NCBI RefSeq assembly: GCF_004010195.1
Contig: NC_057719.1
Coordinates: 43,227,789-43,265,614, forward strand
DNA from: Chiloscyllium plagiosum
Lineage: Eukaryota
Length of the DNA: 37,826 bases
Direction of reading: 5' to 3'
The notes beneath the pieces are model-generated. The model made no database searches and was not told where the DNA came from. It was given only the letters and a program-made list of their open reading frames with translations. Position 1 is the stretch's first letter. Each line of letters starts with the position of its first letter. This document shows positions 11,166-22,510 of this stretch, one piece after another. The translations under genes were made by a program, and so were the position numbers.

Positions 11166-11900
11166 CCCTGGGGTAAAGTTACCAGCTGTGTATGTAAGAG
11201 GCCGGGTGCGCGGCCTGTGGTCTGGTCGTTGCCGCTTTAAGAGCCTGAGCTCCCGGTGACGTTGCCGCGCGCGCGGAGGGACCCGGAGTAAAGGGGGGAG
11301 GTTGAAGATACGCGAACCGGGGCCTAGACGGGGCCAGGCTTCACAATCACCGAGCAGCAATCCCCACACCGCCACTGAACTAAAACCACGCTTAAATACG
11401 TGCGATTTGCTGCTGTTTTAGTGGGGGGTGGGACGCATTCTCTTTGAGCGGAGCTGCGACACAAATTTAAATCTTCGCCCGGCGGTAACGGCCGCCATTT
11501 TAGGATCGCTAACTCATTCCTCTCCGAGCCGACGGAAAAAAATCTAAATACCGATAAAACAACTGAAAGAAGATAAACTTCGCTCAGATTTTGCTCACCT
11601 GCATCGATCAATACTTTAAATGGCGAGCATAAAGAATAGACACAGAAAAAGAGAGGGGAAGAAACAGAACGCGCGAACTGAAGACAGCGAAGCGATTTAC
11701 TGCAACTAAGACAATCACGGCGGCGGCAGCAGGAAACGCTGCCCTCTGATGGACAGCTGGCAGGCCCGGTTGCCATGGTTTACCCGTAGTTTGATTGGCA
11801 GTCGCGCGACGCGCTAACCCCGCCTACTCTCCCCGCCCCGTGGGAAGTTGCATTTGAGCCAGGGACCAGCGAGGAAATGCTGCAGTGCCGGGAAAGCTTT
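11150..11900 (-). promoter_or_regulatory. CpG island / CDCA4 promoter
   Basis: Only extended CpG-rich tract in an otherwise CpG-depleted window. CCAAT box (ATTGG 11794-11798), GC boxes (11818-11825, 11831-11839), CGTGGGAA (11839-11846), E2F-like GCCGGGAAA (11887-11895), CTCF-like 11739-11752, RFX-like 11769-11783, YY1-like GCCGCCATTTT near 11491-11501. Confidence 0.8.
11599..11760 (-). other. CDCA4: Predicted exon 1 (essentially 5' UTR) of CDCA4; intron would be 7361-11598
   Basis: Near-consensus donor CAG|GTGAGC at 11599/11598 (minus) inside the CpG island. The 5' end (TSS) is a guess. Confidence 0.6.
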
Positions 11901-12214
11901 AACAATTGCTGCACACAAGGAACATCAAGAGAATAAAACAAAAACGTGTGAAATATTTGTCTTGTAATCAACAAAGGGGTGCAAAGATTATACTTATAAG
12001 GATGTACTCTAGTTATCCAAATAGAGACTGCGGTGGTAGCAGAGAAAGGGCAGAAAGTGACAAGGGTTCGAGAACTCTGGTCTCCAACCCTATTAAGAAC
12101 AAGATTATGAATTTCAGTGTATCCCAGGATCTACCTTGAAGAAAATATAGAATAAACAAAGTTTATTCTTAGATCCGTATAAATTTAAAACCAAGTACAT
12201 GAATGTCCAGAACA

Positions 12215-12890
12215 ACATCAAGTTGATGGCAGTGAATCCCCCACTGTCAACATGCTGGGCATTATCTTTGACCAGAAACTCAACTGGACTCACCACATAA
12301 ACACAGTGACTACAAGAGCAGGCTAGCAACACTGTGGCAAGTAGCACATCTAATGACTCTCCAAAGTCTGTCCATCATCTACAAGGCACAAGTCAGGAAT
12401 GTGATGGAATACTCCCCAGTTGCCTGGATCAGTGCAGCCCCAACAACATTCAAGAAGCTTGCCATCACCCAGTACAAAGCGGCCTGTTTGATTAGCACTA
12501 CGTCCACAAGTGTCCACTCCCTCCACCACCCACATTCAGGAGCAGCAATGAGTACTATTTACAAGAAGCAGTGCAGAAATTCACCAAAGATCCTCCGACA
12601 GCACCTTCCAAATCCACAACAAGGGCAGCAGATACACGGGAATGCCACCGCATTCTAATTCCCCTCCAAGCCACTCACCATCTTGACTTGGAAATATATC
12701 ACTGTTCCTTCACTGTTGCTAGGTCAAATTCCTGGAATTCCCTCCCTAATGGCATTGTAGGTCAACCCACAGCAGGTGGATTGCAGCGGTTCAAGAAGGC
12801 AGCCCATTACCACCTTCTCAAGGGCAGCTAGGGACAGGAAATTAATGTTGGCCAGCCAGCACTGCCCACATCTCACAAATTAATACATTA
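12215..12890 (+). mobile_element. Non-LTR retrotransposon 3' end (CR1/L2 superclade, CR1-Zenon-like); same family as 20335-23871
   Basis: LGIIFDQKLNW, IYKAQVRNVMEYSPVAW...QYKAACLI, FKKAAHYHLLKGS*; inverted homologue at 20335-21050. Confidence 0.85.
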
Positions 12891-12894
12891 ACAT

Positions 12895-13610
12895 CGGGGT
12901 ACAATTTTAAAGGGGTTCATAAGCAGAAGGAGCTGGGTCAACATGTGCATTGATCATTGGAAGTGCAGGACAGGTAGGCAACACAACAACTATAGCATAC
13001 AGTACCTTCAGACTTATTAATTAGGGATATTAGAGTACAAAAAACAAGGAGGGATGCTGAATTTGTATAAGGCACTTGATAAATCTCAACTGGAATATTG
13101 TATACTGTTCTGATTGCCACATTGTAGGCAGAATCTGAACACATTGGAAAGAGTGCAGAGGCAGTTTACAAGAATAGTTCCAAGGATGAGAAACTTCATT
13201 GCGAGGATAGATTGAAGAAAATGGATCTGTTCTTGGAGATAAGAAGGCTAAGAGATGACAGAGGTTTTCACAACCATAATTGGGCTGGATAGAACAGATA
13301 GGGAGGAACTGTGCTTGTAAAAGGAGCAAGAGGATATGGTTTGAAAGTGACCTACAAAAGAAGCAAAGGTGAAGTGAGGAAAAGCTTTTTTCACTCTGTG
13401 TAGCTGGGGTATAGAATGCACTGCCTGGAAGTCTGGTAGAGGCAGGTTCGATTGAGACATTGAAGAGGACATTGGATAATCATTTGGATTAAAATATTGT
13501 GCAAGGGTATGCAGAAAAAGCAGGAGATCAGCACTAGGTAATGGTATTTGATTATTGGTGCAGAGGCATGATGGCCTGCTCTGCACCAATACAATTTGGT
13601 TATTCTGTGA
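12895..13610 (+). mobile_element. Old CR1 LINE 3' fragment
   Basis: ctgaatttgtataaggcacttg...caactggaatattg...ttggaaagagtgcagaggcagtttacaagaat (LYKAL..LEY..LERVQRQFTR). Confidence 0.8.
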
Positions 13611-13843
13611 TTTATAATTATTTATTTTGTTCTCTACTCACCAAGTCTCAGTATGATCCCTGTATCTGCACATTATTTGCCATTTCCTTTAAGTCTGAAT
13701 TGTAGTTTATACAGTCGTGTACAGTCCAACAAATGGTTAGCTGTGAGGCAAGTGCGATACTTGGAATTGATTATCCTCATTGGAAAGAATACTGTGGAAT
13801 TAAATACGTTTTAATTTTAAATGCATGGGATGATAGTACTGCT

Positions 13844-14043
13844 CTGTTGGTTCTGATATTACGCGGTAGTTCCATTCTTGTGCAACCCTGTGTTATAAGA
13901 AAACAGCGTAATATCAGCACTATTTAATGGGGCCAGAATTGCATTATAACCAATACACACTTTAAAAGTTTGCGCTTTAGAAACAGTGCCCTAATTCATC
14001 AATTGCTTTAGAGTGAATTCACTTGATAGGAGAACAACCGGTA
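13844..14043. mobile_element. Probable MITE (Tc1/mariner-Tigger-like) remnant
   Basis: Imperfect terminal inverted repeats (gttggttctgatat / ataggagaacaacc) and an internal inverted copy gcgtaatatcag at 13907-13918. Confidence 0.45.
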
Positions 14044-14422
14044 GTTAATTTTCTCCAGTCCCAAGTCCTCAAAAATTGCTATCACTTGATCTGACTTTTA
14101 GCTCAATACCACTTTGTGTAGTAAGTATCTTCATTTCAACTCCATTGCTTTGTAAATCCAATAGCTGATGAAATTTACTAGCCAAAACACCAATGTCTAC
14201 TTGAACAAATGGATTTCAGACAGACATGATGATTTGTTCCATTACACCTAACCCTTTGCTAACTTTCTCAGGTAAGTTCATAAACTTTCTGGGTGGAACC
14301 ATTTTTCTTTACTTTAAATTTTTTTTAGTGTTTTCTCTAGACTTGGGAAGTGTTGCAGTGTTTTATTTTTAATGGGGACAAGCACAACCAGTTTCAATTT
14401 AAATGCATTGCAGCACTGACCA

Positions 14423-15023
14423 AAAGAGAAAATGCTGGAAAATCTCAGCAGGTCTGGCAGCATCTGTAAGGAGGGAAAAGAGCTGACGTTTCGAGTCTAA
14501 CTGACCCATTGTCAAAGCTAAAAAAAGGGAGAAATAGGGAGGTATTTATACTAGGCTGAGAGATGGTGAGTCATGGCTCCAGAAGCAAAGGTAGCAATAA
14601 AGAGGTGATAATGACAGTACATAGAGAGATTATAGGGAGATGACCAAAGCTGAAGCTGTGACAAAATATGAGGGGGATGGGTGAAGCAGAAGCAAAATGG
14701 AAAACAGGGGAGAAGGGTAGCAAAGGGGGAAGAGGAGAAGAAAAAGGCGGTGAGAGAGTGGGGAGCAAGAGAAAGAGAAACAATCAAGAAATAAGAGGTA
14801 CAGAACAGTGAAAAAAATATTTAAAAAGTAAAATAAATGAAATAAAATTACGGAGCAGAATGAAAACAGAGGGGTCGACATGGGATAATCATCTGAAGTT
14901 GTTGAATTCAATGTTGAGACCAGCAGGCTGTAACATGCCTAGTCGGAAGATGAAATGCTGCTCCTCCAGTTTGCGTTGAGCTTCACTGGAACATTGCAGC
15001 AGGCCAAGGACAGGTCTCTTCAA
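14423..15023 (-). mobile_element. Penelope-like (Neptune-type) element 3' end with TSD
   Basis: 14889-15011 translates to VLGLLQCSSEAQRKLEEQHFIFRLGMLQPAGLNIEFNNFR* (GIY-YIG C-terminus), then a pyrimidine-rich UTR and a hammerhead motif. Exact 12-bp TSD CAGCACTGACCA at 14411-14422 and 15024-15035. Confidence 0.88.
14481..14519 (-). ncRNA. Minimal hammerhead-like motif, variant core (family A')
   Basis: AGCT-TTGACAA-T-GGGTC agtta GACTC-GAAACGTC-AGCT; stems I and II intact, core differs from CTGACGA at 2 positions. Confidence 0.6.
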
Positions 15024-15049
15024 CAGCACTGACCATACGTGCTACATCA

Positions 15050-16332
15050 CTGGACATTATCAATGTGGATTTCAGTAAGGCGTTCAACAAGGTTCCATGT
15101 GGCAAAGTGATTAACAAGGTTTGAGAGCATGGAATACAGGGAGTATTAGCCATATGGATTCAATATTGGCTCAAAGGTAGGAGGTAGAGTGTGGTGGTGT
15201 GAGGGTTGATTTTTGGACTGGAGGACCGTGATCAGCGGTGTGCTACAAGGAGCGGTGCTGGGTTCATTGCTTTTTGGCATTTATATAAATGATTTGGGTG
15301 TGAACATAGGAGGTACAGTTAGTAAGTTTGAAGATGAGACCAAAATTTGTGGTGTACTGGACAGCGAAGAAGGTTCAAAAAAGTGTGGCGCTGGAAAAGC
15401 ACAGCAGATCAAGCAGCATCTGAGGAGCAGCTGTATTGACATTTCAGGCAATAAGCCCTTCATCAGGAATGTGTGTACCTGAGAGTACAACAGGACCCTG
15501 ATCAGGTAGGCAAATGGGCCGAGGAGTGCCAAATGGAATTTTGTTTAGACAAATGTGAGATGCTGCATTTTGGGAAGGCAAATCAGGGCAAGACTTATAC
15601 ACTTAACAGTAAGGTCCTGAGGAGTGTTGCTGAACAAAGAGACCTTGGAGTGCAACTTCATAATTCCTTGGAAATGGAGTTGCAGTTAAAAGGGTGGTGA
15701 AGACAGTGTTTGCTACACTTGCCTTCATTGGTCTGTGCAATGAGTGTAGGAGTTGGGAGATCATGTTGCAGCCATACAGAACATTGGTTAGGCCACTTTT
15801 GGAATACTGCATTCAACTCTCAACTCCCTGCTGTAGGAAAGATGTTATTAAATTTGAAAGAGTTCAGAAAAAATGTACAAGAATGTTGCCAGGGTTAGAG
15901 GATTTGGGCTATGGGAGAAGGTGAATAGGCTGGGGCTATTTTCCCTGGAGCATCAGAGGCTGAGGGGTGACATTGTAGAGGTTTACAAAATCATGAGAAG
16001 GCATGGATAGGGTGAATAGCCAAGGTCTTTTCCCCAGTCCAAAACTAGCGGACATGTGTTTAAGGTGAGAGGGGAAAGATTTAAAGGGAATGTAAGAGGC
16101 AACTTTTTCTTGCAGAGGATGGTGCACGTATTGAATGAACTGCCAGAGGAAGTGGTGGAGGTTGGTAGAATTACAACATTTAAAAGGCATCTGAATGGAT
16201 ACATGAATAGGAAGGGTTTAGTGGGATATGGGCCAAATGCTGGCAAATGGGACTAGATTTATTTAGGATATCTGGTTGGCATAGACATGTTGGACCGAAG
16301 GGTCTGTTTCTGCGCTATACAACTCTATGACT
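15050..16332 (+). mobile_element. CR1 LINE ORF2 (RT) pseudogene with 3' tail
   Basis: DFSKAFNKVP, SGVLQGAVLGSLLFGIYINDL, SKFEDETKI, LVRPLLEYCIQ; interrupted at 15376-15475. Confidence 0.93.
15376..15475 (-). mobile_element. Short hammerhead-bearing PLE-tail insertion (family A) nested in CR1
   Basis: Splits CR1 gaagaaggtt|acctgagagtac; minus strand ATTC-CTGATGA-A-GGGC ttatt GCCT-GAAATGTC followed by the family tail. Confidence 0.8.
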
Positions 16333-16333
16333 T

Positions 16334-17204
16334 TGTCCTTTTCCTGCAGTTCAGAATTCATCTCATTCAGTTTTGATATAATATCTGTAAGGAACTTGTG
16401 GTTGAGCAACCATACATTGTCTGACAACTCACTGCACACTTCATTTCTTGAGTTAAGAAAAGAGATTTAAGGCATCAGATCTAAAAGTCTTTGCAGCACC
16501 TTACCTCAACCTAAACATCTCACATCCACATGGAGGATTAGTTCATAGTAGCATCACATTTGTTGATTTAAACAAGTGACACTGAAGTGCTCTTGCTCAA
16601 ATACTGCTTACAATCTTAACAACAACTTTAATTACTCTAGAATGTCCATAACTTTATTTGCTAATTCTAGCTTGTGGGGGCATGGATAGCTTATACACTG
16701 ACAGTAAATTCAATGCAATTCAAAGAGGAAAGCACCAAGTGACATGCTCTGTATTGATGTTATTTTCTTTTTTGTTCTTAAATTCTTTTAATGAAGAGCC
16801 AGTGGCTACACTTATTACTTCTTTAATTACTTTTACATCTATCAACGAATCCTTTATTGGGTTTTTCTTGAAGGTGGCAAACATGAAAAAAGATTTGTGA
16901 GTACAAACCTGACGTTTTGCTACTGGTTTAGAAAAAAAGTGACTGCTGAGCTTTCAAAACTGTCTTCAGATTATTTACTGTCTTTGTCTGAAGCATGCTG
17001 TTCAAAGGAAAACTTGAATTAACTGTGCATTGTTGTGTGATATTGTTCCAAATTTCCCTTTTTAATTATTGATTTTACTTTAGTGTCATACAAAGCAAAC
17101 ACTCTTATCTTTACAGTTGTGAACACAAATTCATTTTCCCATTCTGAGTGGAAATTGTACATTTTTGATTTCTTTTTAGATGGTCCAGATTCATCACTCA
17201 TCAA
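16334..17204 (-). pseudogene. hAT (Charlie/Buster/SPIN, GTF2IRD2-like) transposase remnant
   Basis: SKKKSKMYNFHSEWENEFVF...KKGNLEQYHTTMH, then LKAQQSLFSKP, VVKIVSSI*ARALQ, LHVDVR, GKVLQR, LSDNVWL...FLTDIISKLNEMNSELQ; stops, frameshifts and an internal deletion. Confidence 0.8.
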
Positions 17205-18729
17205 TTTTGCTTGACCTTGTAGTTTGTGACATCACAGTGGCCACGCTGTAGGTAGGTCCCTGGATTTGTTCCTCTGGAACGTCTGGAATGTTGATGGCTG
17301 CATTCAAGTGTAGAAGCACATGAAGACACTTCTGTAGTTGTGATTTGTTTCTAGGACTCCCGGTCAGCTTGCATTGCTCGGAAATTGCAATTTAGGCACA
17401 ACAAATCACAAGATTTCTCTTTGTCCTGCATGGAACCATTAGATAAGCAGTTGAAAAAAATCACCTACTCATTGACATACTCATGGTGAGGGAAAGACAA
17501 GGAACGTTTAATATAAAATAACTGGCCAGGCAAAAGCAATTTCAATGCAGTTACACATGGATCTGGCGAGGATTAATATGATAAAAGTCTTCTACAGGGA
17601 TATTAAAAAAGACCATGAAAGAAGAACTAGGTCAACTAGGGCCACTCAAATACTAACCCCGATGTAGACTTGATCCAAACACAGATAAAAGAACAGAACT
17701 GAAAAGCTGAGGTTAGATTAATCCCCACCTATACTGCTCGCAAACAAAGCTTTTCATTGTGCTTGGGTAAATGTGACTATAATGAATCAAATCAAAGGAT
17801 ATTTGGGACTTTAGGGAATGCTGGAACCAATGGTCCACCTCCCCAACCAAAAGGATTTAAGGAGTGTGAAAGAAACAGGAAAAATGAACAAGGAGGGTAA
17901 ATTAGAATGGTAATACCAAAGTAGATACAAAAGAAGTTAAAAGGAGAAACAGAAGAATAACAGTGATGGAAAGGAAAGTAGCATTTTATGGAGTCCTCCA
18001 ACTTTGACACCACCTTCTGTTCTGCACCTGACTCTGTACATTTCCTGGATTTTTATTGTTACCTGTGTCAGTGCGTCTGACTATATCTATGCTTAAAGAG
18101 CTTCTGGAGATTTACCTCCCTGTCTCCAAACTTAGACAATAATTCTGAGTTGCTTTATGTTGATTCTGCTCTTCCTAGTTCATCATTATTCCAGCATTGG
18201 ATCTCCAGGTTTATCCCTGAATTCCACTTATTATTACAGTTTATTTCCTATTGCCACTTTACATCAAATTCAAATAGTTTAACTTGTATTCTTGTGTGCA
18301 TTTTGGTTGTTGGTCAGAAGCAAAGCCCTTCTATGTATTTCTACTTTTTGATCTTTTAAAATTATTTTGTCTTTACACTTCCTAGCCTGTCTTCCACAAA
18401 CTCACATCCTTTTACATCTCTACTCTAACAATCTGCCTTCCCAATTCCCTATCCCTTCAGTACTCCTCAATGTTCATGCTCTCTTGTTGCCAGGGCAGAT
18501 TTGCCAACTTGTTAGATAGCTTCCCTCTGTAACTTCCTTTGACATCTGTTGACTGGCTCATCAAGACACTCATTGATGAATCATTTCCAGTCACAACTCC
18601 CACTGACCTCACTTGCTCATTGACCTATCATTCCATGGACCTTAACCTTGATAATCTTTCTGTCCAAATACCCTGCCACTGCTGACTTCATGGATTCTGC
18701 CAGCAGAACAGTCTCACTATCCCTTTACA

Positions 18730-19085
18730 TATTTCCCTTCAGACTATCCTTTACTTGTGTAGAAGGCCCTTAGCATTCATGAATGTATTAAGGATGTTTG
18801 CATTGACATCTTGGATTTAATAGAAACCCAGCTGAGGGGTGACAATATTTTTCCTGTTAATGAAACCTCTCCACTTGATTATGGCTTCCAGCACTTGCGC
18901 CACTAATCAGTAGTGTGGCACTTATTCCTCTATCTCACATTGTCAGAGGAGAAGGGATTTGGTCACTGTCTCCTTTTTAGCATCTGGCCTTCTTGCACCC
19001 TTTTCAACTCTTTTTTTCAAGTCATCATTCTATACCACCCTAAATCACAGATATGTTCACTGCATTCCTCCCTCAGCCTTAACCT
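18730..19085 (+). mobile_element. L2-like LINE APE endonuclease remnant
   Basis: KALSIHECIKDVCIDILDLIETQLRGD...NETSPLDYGFQH...VALI...IILYHP resembles the DIxxLTETWL/PxGY motifs. Confidence 0.6.
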
Positions 19086-19529
19086 CAGCTCCATCTCTGA
19101 CAGCATGTTATATTTTCAATCCAGTGCCACATTTGTCTGCACAGTGTTTATTGAAATTGACTGCAAGATGTGCTAGAGATCACGTGTGGTTACAGCGAAC
19201 CAGGAGGCACATTGGTACAGCATTGCATTTCTATCCCAAATAAACCACATAATATGGCATTTAACATGATCAAACAATTTTCCATAAATATAATAGTGGG
19301 GCGTTTAGATGGAAAGAATGGTTTATGTGGAGAAACGGACAGTGAATGCGGTGGAGAGAGAACATTCTGATTTCAACCTCTATCACAAATTATCAAGGAT
19401 GAGAAGTCGCTAAGTGACTGAGGGAGGAAAGCAGTGAAGGAATCCCAGTGGTGTTGTTGGAAGAATACATGTTGGTCAGTAAACCAGGATAGCTTCCCTG
19501 CTGACCTACAAGTTTTGTGATGTGAAGAT

Positions 19530-20162
19530 GAGACAGGGTGGTGAAGAAGGTCTTTAGTACACTTGCCTTTATTGGTCACTGTATTGAGTATAGGAGTCGG
19601 GAGGTTGCAGCTATATAGGACATTGGTTAGGCCACTTTTGGAATACTGTGTTCAATTCTGGTCTCCTTGCTATAGGAAAGATGTTGTGAAACTTGAAAAG
19701 GTTCAGAAAAGATTTACAAGAATGTTGCTGGGATTTGAGGATTTAAGCTATAGAGAGAAGTTGAATAGGCTGGGACTTTTTTCTCTGGTATGTACGAGGC
19801 TGAGAGGTGAGCTTTCAGAGGTTATATAGTCATGAAGGGGCATGCATAGAGTGAATAGCCAAAGTCTTTTTCCCACAGTAGGGGAGTGCAAAACTAGAAG
19901 GCATAGGTTTACAGTGAGAGGGGAAAGATTTAAAAGGGACCTAAGGGGCAACTTTTTCATGCAGAGGGTGATGCGTGTATGGAACGAGTACCAGAGAAAG
20001 TGGTGGAGACTGGTAGAATTACAATGTTTAAAAGACATCTGGATGGATACATGAATAGGAAGTTTTGAGGGATGTAGGCCAAATGCTGAGAAATGGGATC
20101 TGTGGTCAGCATGGGTGAGTTGGACTGAAGAGTCTGTTTCCATGATATATAACTATGACTGT
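19530..20162 (+). mobile_element. CR1 LINE 3' fragment
   Basis: LYRTLVRPLLEYCVQFWSPCYRKDVVKLEKVQKRFTRML...LNRLGLFSL and a CR1 tail. Confidence 0.93.
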
Positions 20163-20169
20163 ATGAACC

Positions 20170-20305
20170 TGGGCCTTTGGTTAAGGTCCCATCTGAAAGA
20201 ATTCACTTCTGATAAATGCAGCACTCCTTCTATACAATACGGAAGTGTATGCTTTACATTTCTGCACTCAAGTCCTGCATTGGGTTTTGAACTGGGTACC
20301 TTGTG
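20170..20305 (-). mobile_element. Deu-domain SINE fragment (SacSINE/AmnSINE-like)
   Basis: catctgaaaga...tgcagcactcc...gcactcaagtcctg...tttgaac pattern of the DeuSINE 5' half. Confidence 0.55.
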
Positions 20306-22194
20306 ATATATGCAGTTCAAAATGCTTTTTTTAAATTTATTCAGTTTTTTTAGTGGGATGTGGACATCACTGGCTGGCCAGCATTTATTGCCTGTCCCTA
20401 GTTGCCCTTGAGGAGGTGGTGGTGTGCTGCCTTCTTGAATTGCTGCAGTCCACCTGCTATGGGTTGACCCACAATGCCATTAGGGAGGGAATTCCAGGAT
20501 TTTGACCCAGCGACAGTGAAGGAACAGCGATATATGTCAAAGTCAGGATGGTAAGTGGCTTGAAGGGGAACGTGAAGGTGGTGGTGTTCCCATATATATC
20601 TGATGCCTTTGTCCTTCCACATGGAAGTGGTTCTGAGTTTGGAAGGTGCTGTCTGAGGATCTTTGCTGAGAATTTCTGCAGACCATCTTGTAGACAATAC
20701 ACACTTCTGCTACTAAGCGTTGGTGGTGGAGGGAGTGGATGCTTATGGATGCAGTGCCAATCAAGCAGGCTGCTTTGTCCTGGGTGGTGTCAAGCTTCTT
20801 GAGTGTTGTTGGGACTTCACTGATCCAGGCAAGTCAGGAGTATTCCATTACACTCCTGACTGTGCCTTGTAGATGGTGGAAAGGCTTTCAGGAGTCAGGA
20901 GGTAAGTTATTCACCACAGTATTCCTAGCTGCTGACCTGCTTACCACTGTGTTTACATGGTGAGTCCAGTTAAGTTTCTAATCAATGATAACTCCCAGGG
21001 TGTTAATAGTGGAGGATTCATTGATGGTAACACCATTGAATGTCAAGGGATGGTGGTTAGATTATCTATTGTTGGTGATAGTCATAGCCTGATATTTGTG
21101 TGGCACAAACGTTACTTTCCACTTGTCAGCCCAAGCCTTGATATTGTCCAGATTTTGTTGCATTTGGACATGAACTGCTTCAGTTTTTGAGGAGTCGCAA
21201 ATGGTGCTGAACATTTGTGCAATCTTTGGCAAATATCCCCACTTCTGACCTTATGATGGAGGGAAGGTCAATGATGAAGCAGTTGAAGATGGTTAGGCCT
21301 CGGACATGATCCTGAAGAACTCCTGTAGAGATGTCCTGGAGCTAAGATGACTGACCTCCAAAAGCCATGACCATCTTCCTATGTGTCAGGTATGACTCTA
21401 ACCACTCGAGTTTGCCCCCCCCCCCCAGATTCCCATTGATTCCAGTTTTGCTGGAGGTCCTTGATGCCACACTCAGTCAAATGCAGCCTTGATGCCAAGG
21501 GCTGCCACTCTCACCTCACCTCTCGAATTCAGCTATTTTGTCCATGTATCAAGGCTGTAATAAGGTCAGGAGCTAAGTGACCCTGGTGGAGCCCAAACTG
21601 AGCATCAGTGAGCAGGTTATTGCTGAGCAGGTGCTGCTTGATAGTACTGTTGTTGGCACCTTCCACCACTTTACTGATGATTCAGAATAGACTGATGGGG
21701 CGATAATTGGCTGGGTTAGATTTGTCCTGCTTTTTATGTACAGGACATACTTGGGCAATTTTTCACACTGTTGGGTAGATGCCAGTGTTGTAACTGTACT
21801 GAAACAGCTTGACTAGGGGAACGTCAAGTCTGGAGCACAAGTCTTCAGTACTATTGTCAGAATGTTGTCAGGGCCCATAGCCTTTGCAGTATCCAGTGTC
21901 TCCAACTATTTCTTGAAATCACGTGGAGTGAATTGAATTGACTGAAGACTAGTATCTCTAATGCTGGAGACTACTGGAAGAGGCCGAGATGGATCATCCA
22001 CTTGACACTTCTGGCTGAAGATTGCATTACCTTTTGCACTGATGTGCTGGGCTGTTACATCATGGAGGATGGGAATATTTGTGGAGCCTCCTCCTCCTCC
22101 TGTGAGTTGTTTAATCGTCCACTACCATTCACGACTGGATGTGGCAGGACTGCAGATCTTAGATCTAATCCATTGGTTGTGGGATTGCTTAGCT

Positions 22195-22324
22195 TCATCA
22201 GGATTCCTAATGAAGGGCTTTTGCCCGAAACATCGACTCTCCTGCTCCTCGGGTGCTGTGCTCTTCCAGCACCATCCTCTTAACTCTAATCTCCAGCATC
22301 TGCAGTCCTCACTTTTGCCTAGCT
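22195..22324 (+). mobile_element. Short hammerhead-bearing PLE-tail insertion (family A) nested in the LINE
   Basis: TTC-CTAATGA-A-GGGC tttt GCCC-GAAACATC-GA plus tail; preceded by a small inversion cttcatcagga; TSD 22182-22194 / 22325-22337. Confidence 0.85.
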
Positions 22325-22510
22325 GGATCACTTAGCTCTGGTAATCACTTGCAGCTAATGCTGTTTGGCATGTAAATGATCCTGTGTGGTGGCTGTTCCA
22401 GGTTGACACCTCATTTTCAAGTGTGCCTGGTGCTGCTCCTAGCATGCCCTCCCGCATTTTCTATTGAACCAGGGTTGATCCCTTGGCTTGATGGTAATGG
22501 TTGAGTGGGG

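Noticed and set aside
11345..11351. Alternative CDCA4 donors TCG|GTGATT (11351) and CTG|GTAACT (11183)
   Set aside because: Weaker matches than CAG|GTGAGC at 11599; cannot be excluded without transcripts.
11013..11776. 150-aa and 120-aa ORFs in the CpG island as separate genes
   Set aside because: No recognisable domain; GC-rich stop-poor sequence; the longer one reads through a strong splice donor. Kept only as a possible uORF.
9366..20054. Many 60-130 aa ORFs with RT-like peptides as functional genes
   Set aside because: They are frameshifted fragments of CR1-type ORF2 copies; no intact reverse transcriptase ORF exists in the window.
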